A DNA stretch of 64,000 nucleotides, taken from the NCBI RefSeq assembly GCF_963921235.1, contig NC_086097.1, positions 92,816,001 to 92,880,000 of the forward strand. Direction: 5' to 3'. Shown piece by piece: positions 22,574 to 36,000 of the stretch. The position numbers were made by a program, and so were the translations under genes. Under the pieces are notes generated by a model, which saw nothing but the letters and a program-made list of their open reading frames with translations, did no database searches and was not told where the DNA came from. The DNA comes from Mobula hypostoma. Taxonomy: Eukaryota. The stretch's first letter is position 1. The number at the start of each line of letters is the position of its first letter.

Positions 22574-24578
22574 GACAATAGGTGCAGGAGTAGGCCATTC
22601 AGCCCTTCGAGCCAGCACCACCATTCACTGTGATCATGGCTGATCATCCACAATCAGTATCCAGTTCCTGCCTTATCTCCTTAACCTTTGATTGCGCTAT
22701 CTTTAAGAGCTCTATCTAACTCTTTTTTGAAAGAATCCAGAGAATTGGCCTCCACTGCCTTCTGAGGCAGAGCATTCCACAGAACCACAACCCTCTGTGT
22801 GAAAAAGTTTTTCCTCAACTCCGTTCTAAATTGTCTACCCCTTATTCTTAAACTGTGGCCTTTGGTTCTGGACTCCCCCAACATCGGGAACGTTTCCTGC
22901 CTCTAGCGTGTCCAATCCCTTAATAATCTTATATGTTTCAATCAGATCCCCTCTCATCCTTCTAAATTCCAGTGTATATAACCCCAGTCGCTCCAATCCT
23001 TCAACATATGACAGTCCCACCATCCCAGGAATTAACCTCGTGAACCTACGCTGCACTCCCTCAATAGCTAGAATGTCCTTCCTCAAATTTGGAGACCAAA
23101 ACTGTACACAGTATTCCAGGTGCGGTCTCACCAGGGCCCTGTACAACTGCAGAAGGACCTCTTTGCTCTTATACTCAATTCCCCTTGTTATGAAGGCCAG
23201 CATGCCATTAGCTTTCTTCACTGCCTGCTGTACCTGCATGCTTGCTTTCAGTGACTGATCTCGTTGTACTTCCCCTTTTCCCAACTTGACACCATTCAGA
23301 TAGTAATCTGCCTTCCTGTTCTTGCCACCAAAGTGGATAACCTCACATTTATCCACATTAAACTGCATCTGCCATGCATCTGCGCACTCACCCAACCTGT
23401 CCAAGTCTCCCTGCATTCTCATAACATCCTCCTCACATTTCACACTGCCATCCAGCTTTGTGTCATCTGCAAATTTGCTAATGTTACTTTTAATCCCTTC
23501 ATCTAAATCATTAATGTATATTGTAAACAGCTGCGGTCCCAGCACCGAGCCTTGCGGTACCCCACTAGTCACTGCCTGCCATTCCGAAAGGGACCCATTA
23601 ATCCCTACTTTTTGTTTCCTGTCTGCCAACCAACTTTCTATCCATGTCAGTACCCTACCCCCAATACCATTTGCTCTAATTTTGCACACTAACCTCCTAT
23701 GTGGGACCTTATCAAAGGCTTTCTGAAAGTCCAGGTACACTACATCCACTGGCTTTCCCATGTCCATTTTCATAGTTACATTCTCAAAAAATTCCAGAAG
23801 GTTAGTCAAGCATGATTTCTCCTTCATAAATCCATGCTGACTCGGACCTATCCTGCCACTGCTATCCAAATATGCCACTATTTCATCTTTTATAATTGAT
23901 TCCAGCATCTTCCCCACCACTGATGTCAGACTAACTGGTCTATAATTGCCTGTTCTCTCTCTCCCTCCTTTTTTAAAAAGTGGGATAACATTAGCTACCC
24001 TCCAATCCGCAGGAACTGGTCCTGAATCTATAGAACATTGGAAAACGATTACCAATGCATCCACAATTTCTGGAGCCACCTCCTTAAGCACCCTGGGATG
24101 CAGTCCATCAGGCCTTGGGGATTTATCAACCTTCAGTCCCATCAGTTTACCCAACACCATTTTCTGCCTGATGCGAATTTCCTTCAGTTCCTCTGTTACC
24201 CTAGGTCCTCTGGCCACTATTACACCTGGGAAATTGTTTGTGTCTTCCCTAGTGAAGACAGATCCAAAGTACCTGTTCAGCTCGTCTGCCATTTCCTTGT
24301 TCCCCATAATAATTTCACCCGTTTCTGTCTTCAAGGTCCCAACTTTGGTCTTAACTAATTTTTTCCTCTTCACATACCTAAAGAAGCTTTTACTATCCTT
24401 CTTTATATTCTTGGCTAGCTTACCTTCGTACCTCATCTTTTCCTCCAGTATTCCCTTTTTAGTTACCTTCTGTTGCTCCTTAAAAGTCTCCCAATCCTCT
24501 GGTTTCCCGCTCATCCTTGCTATGTTATACTTCCTCTCTTTTAGTTTTATACTGTCCTTGACTTCCCTTGTCATCCAC
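22574..24578 (-). mobile_element. Young 5'-truncated CR1 LINE (RT domain)
   Basis: 579-aa ORF 22835-24574(-) with NYRPVSLTS, YLDFQKAFDKV, GVPQGSVLGP and KFADDTK. A frameshift near 22890 continues as ORF 22681-22884. Tail is (ctattgt)n. Confidence 0.95.
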
Positions 24579-25789
24579 AGATGACAATATTAAAGTTTTA
24601 ACCAAAGTTACGAACAAAATCTAACAACAGGGGAAGTGTGCTCAGACTCACGGTCCAGACCCGAGGACCCAGAGACTGAATGCCAGCAGTTCTGAGTTTG
24701 TTGTTCCCAGCACCGTCTAGAGCAAGGTCTGTTCATTGTGTCAGTGATTGTAAAGGTAATGATGGATGCTTAGAGATAACCAGAACAGTGGCGAGTTCTC
24801 ATTCCTCTCCCAGACATCCGGCTGAAACAAATTCATCAGAAATTTGGTATTATGATTTGCCTCCAAGTTAAGATCCCAACCTGAAATCCAAGGCCATCTA
24901 ATTCCACCTCTGTAGCATCATTTTGACTCCATCGTGTCGCATGTTTTCTACTGCTGAAGCTCTCCTGCTTTCTTGTGTCTAAGCCACTAACCCAGAGCTT
25001 CCAGCCTCAGCCTCCTACCTTCCACATTACATTAACTTCTGCTCATTTGAAGCAGTTATGTCTTCAATTACTTCTAATCTTTTTACCATTACCTATGCCA
25101 GCTGGCCTACTCCTGTCCCTGGCCCAGCAATGATATGCAAAACTGGCCCTTACTATATGCCTTTCTCTTCTCCATCTCTTCAATTTCCTGCAGCCTCCTG
25201 AGCCTTCCTAGTCACCTGATTACCTGATTTTCATTCTTCCACTGTTGGCAGCCCTGTCAACGTTGGCTGTCAAGTCCCTGAACTCCCGAATCCCCCTTCT
25301 AATCTTCTCTTCCTTATTTGTTCTCCTTTAGGAAGAACTTTAAAAGGATTCATTTCAATCAAGCTTCTGATGGTCAATAGGCATACCTTCTTCAGCAGGA
25401 GTGCAAAGCTTTTGTTTAAATATTCTCCAATGAATGAGGTACCCTGGGACGGATGGTATGCTATACTTACTGAAATGCAAATTGTTACTGCCCTTCAACA
25501 ACACTCAGAAGGAAAGGCCCCCATGAGGGAACCAAGTTGGCATCCAATTATTACAACTGTCTTGTTCTTTACTGGAAGAAGAGTTTAGGAAATTGTTACC
25601 ACCACGTTCCCTCTTGCAATATATTTAAAGAGTACATGTCAATTATGCCATAAATCACCTGAACACCCTATTTAAAGGCCTCTGTGTGTTGCACGCCATG
25701 TTACAGCACTGGGAACACAAGTCAAATGTTGCAACTGGTGACCAGTAAGAATTGAAGAAGATTTTAGGGAAAATAAGTGATGGTGTAGA

Positions 25790-26138
25790 GGCCAAAGGAG
25801 GTGTAAGGTACTCCTTCCCTCTGCTAGTGTGCAGGTCACGGGCAAAGTGTAGCACCTGCTTCGCCCCCAATCAGGGTCACTTGAAGCCATGGGAGAAGGT
25901 GGTGAATGGTCATATGAGCAGCTGGTGCATATCACAAGTCCTGGTTATGTGACCACCTTCGACAGGCAGACAATCTCTGAAGAGTATTAATAATGGCTGG
26001 GGTCACCCGTCTTGTAAAGACACTGCCCAGAAAAAGGCAATGGCAAACCAAATCTGCAGAAAAAATTGCCAAGAACAATTGTGGTCGTGGGTAGACCATG
26101 ATCGCCCATGTCATATGACACAGCACATAATGGTGATG
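25790..26138 (+). mobile_element. Non-autonomous RTE-type repeat copy
   Basis: ccaaaggaggtgtaagg ... aaggcaatggcaaacca ... cacataatggtgatg. Confidence 0.8.
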
Positions 26139-27164
26139 TTGGAAAGGGACAAATTATTGACTGTGTTTGTAGTGGTAGGGTGATCACCGCGATTCGTTAG
26201 GCAGCAGAAGCAACACAATACAAGCTCAGACTCAGATATCAGAGAAATAAAAGCACGTAAGATTGTCGAGTTAAGCCTTGCAGTTGAAACAGCAATGGTG
26301 CAAACTGGCTGCTCAGACCTGAGTCCTGAGGAAGGGTCTTGGCCCAAAACATCAACTCGTTACTGTATTCCTTTCCATGGATGCTACCCGACCTGCTGAG
26401 TTCCTCCAGCATTTTGTGTGTGTAGCTCAGACCTGGTCTAGCTTCATCAGTAACCTTGAAGTGACGGAGACTTTCAGTTATGTGGAACTGACTTTGCAGG
26501 GTAACCAGTATTGAAATGGAGGGCAAGGGTGAAATGACACTGCTCAACGTGAGAACTTTGGGTAATGATAATAGTAATACTGATGGAACAAGGTGAGAAT
26601 ACAGACACCACTTTAATAGGCTCCTGATGTCACACAAAGTCAGAGATGTTTCATTCGATGAGGTTATGAAACTCTTCTGAACTAGCACCCTTAGAGATCA
26701 CAGAAAATTACAGAGTTATAATCAGAAACTAAAAGTCAGGAAATTATGAGTATTGATCAAGTGTTGTTAAAAATGTTGCGTCATTTTGACACATTTCTCA
26801 TCGAAGGCCTGCAGGTTAAGATTAACAGATAGACAAATTATTGAATATGCAAGATGCAAGACTTAATATGTGATCACGTGTGGAAAATCATGGGAGATTG
26901 CTTCAGAAATGACACAGGATTTCAGCTGGCGCCTAATATCACCGTGAATATGGTGCACAGTTCGATGGCAGGAGCTCCAACAGTAAATCTGCCTTTTTGG
27001 CACAAAAATGTATGGGAACTGGGAAAACTGGCAGCTGAAATAGTGCAAACCATGCAGGGAAGACTGGCCATGGAAAGATATGCACATAAAGAGGCCCATC
27101 AGCACTAAGTCTGTGTCGAAAATGAAGCATCCTACATTGATCCCTTTTCATTCTCCCCACATTC

Positions 27165-27360
27165 CCATCAAGTCTTCTGGTCACTGAGACATTAGGTGAC
27201 TAATTAACCCACCAGCCCACACCCCGTTGGGATGGCAGGGAGCACCCACGAGGTCGCATGGAGAATGTGACACGCAAACTAGCGTTGGTGGTCAGGATTG
27301 GAGCCTGGTGGCTGGAGCCATGAAGCATTAGCTTTGCCAGTTGCACCATTGCACTGCCCT
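27165..27360 (-). mobile_element. Decayed V-SINE
   Basis: Reverse complement resembles the V-SINE head and V domain of the + strand copies. Confidence 0.55.
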
Positions 27361-27544
27361 CAGTACAAAAGTGAACTCACGTGAAATTCTACACCTATTA
27401 TGGTGGGATTTGAATCCCAGTTTCTGGAATGTTAAGCCCATGCTTAATGGATTGCCAGTCAAATATTTTAATCACAGCACCACCAGTGTGCCCTGATACT
27501 GGATTAATTAACAAACTGCAAAATTAATGGTGCAGAGTTTCCAC

Positions 27545-27785
27545 CATGGATGCAAAAGGAGGAGGATTGGGCTCGGGCCTAGCAACCCCACCCCATAAAA
27601 AACCCAGAGCTGCAGAAACGCCAACAGAAGCTCCAGGGATCTCATCCCTGGGAAAGAAAGGTTCAAGAAGATGGACTACACCTGGGGACAACTTGAAAGA
27701 ATGGCCCAGGACAGATGACTCTTGTGAGCTGCTGTCAGCGGCCAATGCACCAGTAAGGGTGATGGGCCTATGAAGAAGAAGAAGT
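27545..27785 (+). mobile_element. Short RTE-derived element
   Basis: RTE 5' UTR-like gggctcgggcctagcaaccccaccccataaaa is joined to an RTE C-terminal-like TWGQLERMAQDR coding trace and a (gaa)n tail. Confidence 0.65.
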
Positions 27786-28284
27786 TTCCTGTGTAGGAGC
27801 GTAAGCAGGGAAACAACGATAACAGGCAGTTACAAAGAAGAGGCTTGTATTATATAAACCTGATGAGCCTGCTGATGATCAAAGTTCAAAAGCATGCATC
27901 TTATTTTCAGTAATAATGGAAAACAGTGATTTTAAAACTAGAGGAAGTTAGTGGCCCATATGTCAATGTAAGCATCAATAGAATTGTTGATTGCAAGATT
28001 GTAGGCAGATGTATGTACATTAAGAGGTGCAGAAGAATACCAGTAGGAAAAAGCAAATTAAATCTGAAGATATATTCTCCTGAAACACTAAAGAGGATAT
28101 CTCCAAATCAGATACAATGTGTAGATTCACACTATGGTCAGAAAGCATGGTTGACAGTTGCAGTGGCCAATTATGCAGACAGATAAACTCTGTTTAGGAA
28201 AGATTGGCTTAAGGAATTAAAACCTAATGACACTTTCATTATGAGACAGTTACACTATCTGTGGTAATACTCATGGGTGCTGTT

Positions 28285-28750
28285 TTCTGGAGTTTATGAA
28301 ATCTGGGCACATTATCTAAGAAAGGATGTGCTGGCGTTGGAGAGGGTGCCGAGGAGGTTCACAAGAATAATCCCGGGAACAGAAGGAGCATTTGATGGCT
28401 CTGAGCCTTCACTCACTGGCTGAAGGGGTTCTCACTGAACCCTATCTAACATTGGGAGAGTTTTGGACCAGAGGACACAGCCTCTAAATACTAAAACGTC
28501 TCTTCCAACCAGAGATGGGGAGGAATTTCTTTCGCAAGGGGGTGGTGAATCTGGAATTCATTGCCACAGTTGGCTATGGAGGCAAGTCAGTAGGTATATT
28601 TAAAGTGGAGGTTGATAGGTTCTTGATCAGTCAGGGTGTCAAAGGTTACAGGGAGAGGTCAGGAGAATGGGGTTGAGAGTCATGATGGAACGGTGGAACA
28701 GACTCAGTGGGTCATGTGCCCTAATTCTGCTCCTCTGTCTTATGGCTTTA
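28285..28750 (+). mobile_element. CR1 3' fragment
   Basis: aaggatgtgctggcgttggagagggtgccgaggaggttcacaag (KDVLALERV.RRFT) through the 3' UTR ctaattctgctcctctgtcttatgg. Confidence 0.8.
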
Positions 28751-29939
28751 TCTCCCCAGGACCCCATGAGTTTTTCACAGGTTCCTTCCATATCACAAAG
28801 ATGTAAGTTCATTGTTCATTGAAAATGGCTCTTTGTGCAGGTGGGGTGAAGGAGAATGAGGGGGAGTTGATAATTGAGTAAGAGAGAATTGGTTACATAA
28901 AATAGTTGGGGGAGGGAATGGCTGGGACCGCTCTGAAAACCCACATTGACAATGGGCCAAAGGACCTCCTGTGATGAAAGGAAAGGTGAGGAAAACATGG
29001 CTGATTTCCTGGTGTTGGTGGACACCTATTTTAAATATTTTGAGGTAAAATAGGTGGGTCTTGCACCATCACTGACAATTAAAGAAATTAAACCAATTTT
29101 TTCAACACATGGCCTTCCAATGTTGAGTAATAGTCCACAATTGCAGTGTTGTTTTTAATACTTGTGCAGTTTCTAAAATGAAATGGAGTCGCCTCGCCAT
29201 AACATCTAATCTCAAGATCAGTATGTGTCATGAAAGATACACTAAGGAAGCAAGTTAGGGAAGATAAATTGGGTATCTTCTCATCGATTTCCTTCTGAGA
29301 TACAGATGAACGATTCACTGCCCTAGATGGTACATCCCTGCAGACACACTAATTCAGAAGACTTAGGACACATTGGAGTCTGGTTAAGCTGAACCTGGAA
29401 GGTGAGGTGAAGGGAAGGCAGTTGAAGCAAGTTAAACATCACAATATATGCCAAAAAGCAATGGAGATTCAGATTCCAGTACAGAGTTCATGAGACTAGA
29501 CCACCAAGCAGTTCAAAGACGAGTAACCATCAGAGAGTTTGGAGATATCAGAGAGACTGCGGAAGTATTTGGTTCCAAGAATGTAAAGGTCAGAGATGTC
29601 CAGTAAGGGTACTTTCTGTGTAAAATGCCCAACATTATAGTGAGGATGATTGTAAGTTTAAGTATACTGCTGAGGTGGTTCTAACAATTATTAATATGGG
29701 CTCAAGCTGCAACCAAAGAAATTGACCTTTTGTGACTACAATTGATGGATAATGCTCCAACATCTGTCGACTCTCCTGGATCTATAAAAGCCACACCAGT
29801 ATCATTATAAAGGTCAAAAAGAATTTAGAGATCACAATTTTAATCCATGCATTTGTAAAATGAGTTAATTTCACTTTTCTTTAAAAGTACGGTGCAATGT
29901 AATATAGATGTGACATCATTTGTGATGTATTTGAACATA

Positions 29940-30488
29940 GAGAACTGTGCAAAAGTCTTAGGCACATATATATAGCTAGGGTGCATAAGACTTTAGCATA
30001 GTACTGTGGTAATTTTATGTATTGCATTGTACTGATGCCACAAATAAAAACGAATTTCACAACATATGTGAGTGATGATAAACCTGATTCTGATCTGGGT
30101 CTCTGTTGTGGACTGAGAGTGGGAAGGGGGCAGGACAGGAGAATCATGGTTGGGAAAAGGGGAAGAGAGAGGGAAAGGAGCAGAAAGCACCAGAGATGCA
30201 TTCTGTAATGATTAATAAACCATTCATTTGGAATCAAATAACCTTGCCTGGTGTCTCAGAGCTCGGCGTGTCTGCATCAGCGCCACTTCTTGCCCTTGAC
30301 ACTTGTTCTCTGCCACCTGTCCCACACCCCTTCCGCAGCGCTCTACCCTCACCATTCCCAACCTCCTTTGCTCCCGCCAGAGATACAAATTCGCTTTCCA
30401 CTCCAGGCTGACAAATACAGTACTGCGCAGAAGTCTTAGGCACCTTAGCTGTATATATAAAGCTGCCTGAGACTTTTGCACAGTACTG
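29940..30488 (-). mobile_element. Composite Tc1-type MITE bounded by two palindromic mini-elements
   Basis: Palindromes at 29940-30006 and 30418-30488 are each built from the TIR CAGTACTGTGCAAAAGTCTTAGGCAC and are inverted relative to each other. The interior is shared with 8296-8708. Confidence 0.85.
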
Positions 30489-31164
30489 TGTGTGTGTGGG
30501 ACTGCATGATTCCTAAGTGGAGTCTTTTATGACCGGCCTCACTTTTTAGAGCTCTTTGTGACTCCTGCATTTCACTCTGCTCACTCTGCATGGTACTACG
30601 ACAGGAACCCTCAAGAGCACAGACACTAAAGATGCGATCATTTCAATGCATTGAATGCAACAAATCCAACATGCTGTCAACAGGCAAATGACCACCTTCT
30701 CTTTGGGACCAATGTTTGCTCTTGGTGGGTTTGTTGGATGCTGATGCTTTTGCAATTCTAAAGTTCTTCAGGGGTTAAGAATGAGAAATTTTGCTGAGCA
30801 AGAACGAAGAATGAGCAAAGGAAGAGGAGCAGAGGGAACAGAACAAAGTTGAAAGTATATTTATTATCAAAGTATGTAGACCATCTACAACCATGAGATT
30901 CGTCCCCTTACAGGGCAGCCACAAATCAAAAACTAATAGAACCCATTAAAAAAGACTGTCAAACACCCAGTGTGCAGGAAAAAAAACCAAATCGTGCAGA
31001 CAATAAAAGTGAGCAAGTACCATTCAGAACTGAAGTTCGCGAAAGCGAACCCACAGCCATGAAGCCAATTAAGGAGCCCGTTAGCTGCAGACCACAGTAT
31101 CAGTTCAGCGCAGAGATAAGTAAACCTCACAAAGCAGCAAGCAGAACCAGTCTGTTAACACAAC

Positions 31165-31422
31165 ATTTTACAGCACAGGCAGCCTGGGCTCAATCCCCAG
31201 CCCTGTCTTTAAGGAGTTTGAACGTTCTCCCCGTGACCGTGTGGGTTTCCTCGGGGTGCACCGGTTTCCTGGCCACAGTCCAAAGACGTACTGGTTGGTA
31301 GGTTAATTGGTCATTGTAAATTGTCCAGTGATTAGGCTGGGGTTAAATCAGGGGATCGTTGGGTGACATGGCTCAAAGGGCCAGAAGGGCCCATTCCATG
31401 TTGTATCCCAATAAATAAATAA
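31165..31422 (+). mobile_element. V-SINE
   Basis: V domain ggagtttgaacgttctccccgtgaccgtgtgggtttcctcggggtgcaccggtttcc...ccaaagacgt, with a (taaa)n tail. Confidence 0.85.
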
Positions 31423-31791
31423 ATGTCATACTCAGACAAGAGATAACAATAATCCAGAAACAACAAGCAACCTATAAAATAGCCAGATTCAAGCGATGTG
31501 ACACTTGATACAGAAGTTCGAGAAAAATACAGAAGCAACCGAATCATAATTGCTGGAAAATTCACTGAACAATTATAATGCATATAGATGATTATATAAA
31601 AAATACAAGCAAGCATAGGAAAGTTAAACTGTAAGGAAAATAACACTTCTACAACCCAATTTAACAGGTTATACATGGCAGGAAGAGTTCTATGCATTCC
31701 CATCCTCGAGAGTCAGTGCTTGCTGCTGTTGAGATTCCCGGAACATGAGTAAAGAAATGCCCTAACCAATGCGCGGGCAGCGTCTCGTTAG

Positions 31792-31980
31792 GGAGCTCGT
31801 GTCCACTCCCAGTTCCACATCAGCCATCGTAGCCCTTGGAACAGACAGCCAACAGAATCTAATTACATACCACCCCTCGTTCCTGAGCCAGACCTCAACC
31901 CCAAGCAGGACCACTCACAACATTCTCCTCCCATGTCTCCTTTTGTTAGCGGATGTCAGGAGTTCAGAGACTCCGCAGAG
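31792..31980 (+). CDS. Candidate upstream coding exon of the TMEM151-family gene (unverified)
   Basis: 189 nt open in the frame that joins the main exon at phase 0. CTAAC at 31762-31766, TAG acceptor at 31789-31791, GAG|GTGTGA donor, in-frame ATG at 31933 (MSPFVSG...SAE). The pyrimidine tract is weak and no homology is recognised. Confidence 0.25.
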
Positions 31981-32282
31981 GTGTGAGGTTTCCTGAGACT
32001 ACCTTGGCAAACCAGAACGTAGAACAGTAAAGCACAGAAATGGGCCCTTTGGCCCCAATATCGTGCTGAATTAATTAGCTGGTAACTAGTGCCTAGCCAA
32101 ACTAGTCCTTTCTGCCTACACATTGCACATGTGTAAGGAACTTGGTGATCACAATACCTTTCAGTCTGTATGGCTGACAAGGACTTAGTGTTGCAAGACT
32201 CTTGTTCTCACAGGGATGCTTCATTCTAGAGTAGCCTGCATGAGTTGGTGGGTTTTTTTAATTCCTCCATTCACTATTGGCC

Positions 32283-32603
32283 ATATTGTGTGACGTGGGC
32301 AAACACAATCTTTGACCATGATTGTTCTTGGCAAATTTCTCTACAGAAGTGCTTTGCCATCTCCTCTTTCTGGGCAGTGTCTTTGCAAGGTGGGTAAACC
32401 CAGCCATTATCAATACTCTTCAGAGATTGTCTGCCTGGGGTCAGTGGACTTGTGATATGCACCAGCCGCTCATACAACCCTCCACCTCCTTCTCTCATGA
32501 CTTCACGTGACCCTGATCCAGGGGCTACCTGGCTACCTTACCACCAGGCTAGCGGAGAGAAGGGTCGCCTTACACCTCCTGTGGTAGAGACGCATCTCCA
32601 CCC
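32283..32603 (-). mobile_element. Non-autonomous RTE-type repeat copy
   Basis: Reverse complement of the 19397 family (ccttacacctcctgtggtagagacgcatctccacccc). Confidence 0.8.
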
Positions 32604-33187
32604 CGTTACCCAGGGTTCTTTAATAGGGAACCCAAACTAGCCAGAGGTTTCCACCTTTGACTTCATCATCTCAGGGGACTGTGAGGGATAATCAGAGGAA
32701 GTGTATCACTGAACCTAACCATTATCTATTTCTCTCTCCACAGATGCTGCCTAATCTACTGAATGATTCTGACAGTATTTTGTATTCCTAATCCAGCACG
32801 TGATGTTGGATTGCAAATGCAAAATTCGCATGACCATGTGTCGTCAGGTTTAGGGCAAACAATTTGGATTCAGTGTTGAGGGCCTTGTTAACGTTATCTT
32901 TGTTTAAGTGTGTAATGTTCCTGGGGAATGGGCCACCCGCGAAGTTAGGGTAACAACCAACAAATCAAACAGGGCCATCACCAGGCCTGTGGGAGATTTT
33001 AGTGGAATGACTCCACAATGCAGCAGACTTTGAAAGGTCAGCAATTCTACAGTACGGTAGGTTACTGGGGTGAATAAAATGAAGGATCATGTGGAGAGAC
33101 AGGAGATAAAATGAGGGTACTGACTTTAGAGGGCTCCCTATGGTTGGAGAACAGATGGAGTTCAGAGATAGAATGCATTTTCCCTAA

Positions 33188-34717
<1,530 letters not shown>

Positions 34718-36000
34718 CCCCCCCGCGCTTGGTCCTGTCTCCCTTCCCCCTCCAAATACACCTCCCACTCCTCATCTCTCTAACCTGCTGTACCTTTGTC
34801 CTCTGGGATCACAGCTCTTCTCCTGTTCTCTACGGCCCACCATACGTCTTCTGCTTGAGCTCCCAAGTTCTGGGATCTTCTCTCCAAACCTCTCTTCACC
34901 ACCTTCTTCCCAATTTCACGGTCACCTCCCCTCCTGTCTACAAACCCCCTCATATTCAAAATGTGCTACTTTGTTTACCAGCACAACCCGACAAAGATTT
35001 CTCCCCCTCCCACAGCAGTGACCCCTGCGAGGTTGGTCAGTGCCGGATTTGTGGTTTGTGCCCCCCTGTGGTTAGGGTTCTACCACAGATTTAAGCCCCA
35101 AAATGAGCGACAAGCCTGGGAGATCATCTTGAATTTCTTTCAGAAGTAGTCAAGTGCTAACTCCCAAAAGGTTGCAACAGGAGTTTTCCGGTTAAAATTG
35201 TTTCAGCAATACATGGGGGAAGAGAAGGATAGCTCACTTGCAGATTTGCTGTATGTGTGTAACTACAGTCAGAGGAACTAAGAGATCTGGTCTAAGTGGA
35301 CAGACAACTTGCAAGACTCAACAACATACGTTCAAACAAGCAGTCTGCTTTTGGTCTGATTTTAATGTACAACCTGCCAAACATCTTGGCCCCGGACACT
35401 CAGTCTGAAGTGTGAGTGGTGTAAAGTTGAACACAGTTAAGCTACTGATGTCTCTCGTTTGTTCTTTCTCATGTTGGTTGTTGCAGATAGATTGGGAGCT
35501 GCCACTTTACACATTGTTCCTTCATCTGATTATGTGGCTTTGGAGGGTGGGGGAGGGGGTTGGGGGGAAGGGAATTGTCACACTGTTATAATGTTCCACT
35601 GTCCACCATTGTAATGCGTGCATTGAAGCACTGGTTTAACGTGGTGTGGTTTCGTCCTATATGAATGGGGATTACAGCTCACTCACAATACCACAAGAGC
35701 AGGAAATCATAAGAGAAGACCTCACACAAAAGACCTCTCCGATCAGCAATTCCACTTAATTAAGCACTGGTCTGGAAAAGATTCAAAGGTCTGCCACAAA
35801 CATCAAGAATTCCCATCTCCTGTTGGATCTTGTCATGTTATTGAGACCTCTGTTTTAAACCTTCGATGTGTGGACTTGTCACTCTTCTACTCCTGAGTCC
35901 ACCTGACTCCTGGCTCTAGAGCTTGTGGCAAAGTTGAACACATTAGTGGGGTTCAATTTGTAAATTTTCAACTATTAAATAAGATTGGCACCTGCTTATA
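34718..36000 (+). other. Probable proximal 3' UTR of the TMEM151-family gene
   Basis: Largely transposon-free stretch after the stop codon. ATTAAA at 35974-35979. Distal AATAAA pair at 40202-40207 and 40218-40223. Confidence 0.55.

Larger units (their letters stand above)
26700..29450 (+). mobile_element. Ancient Gypsy LTR-retrotransposon internal remnant (protease and integrase traces), fragmented by later insertions
   Basis: Near 28130-28225 it reads YGQKAWLTVAVA...LFRKDWLKELK (LLGRDWL protease-end-like). At 29003-29215 it reads DFLVLVDTYFKYFEV*...TIKEIKPIFSTHGLP...FLK*NGV..P*H (integrase core-like). Left boundary uncertain. Confidence 0.65.

Noticed and set aside
21697..22581. 294-aa + strand ORF
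   Set aside because: Crosses antisense Penelope fragments and unrelated sequence; no coherent domain, so a chance open frame.
23946..24584. 212-aa + strand ORF and neighbouring ORFs
   Set aside because: Antisense shadows of the CR1 RT.
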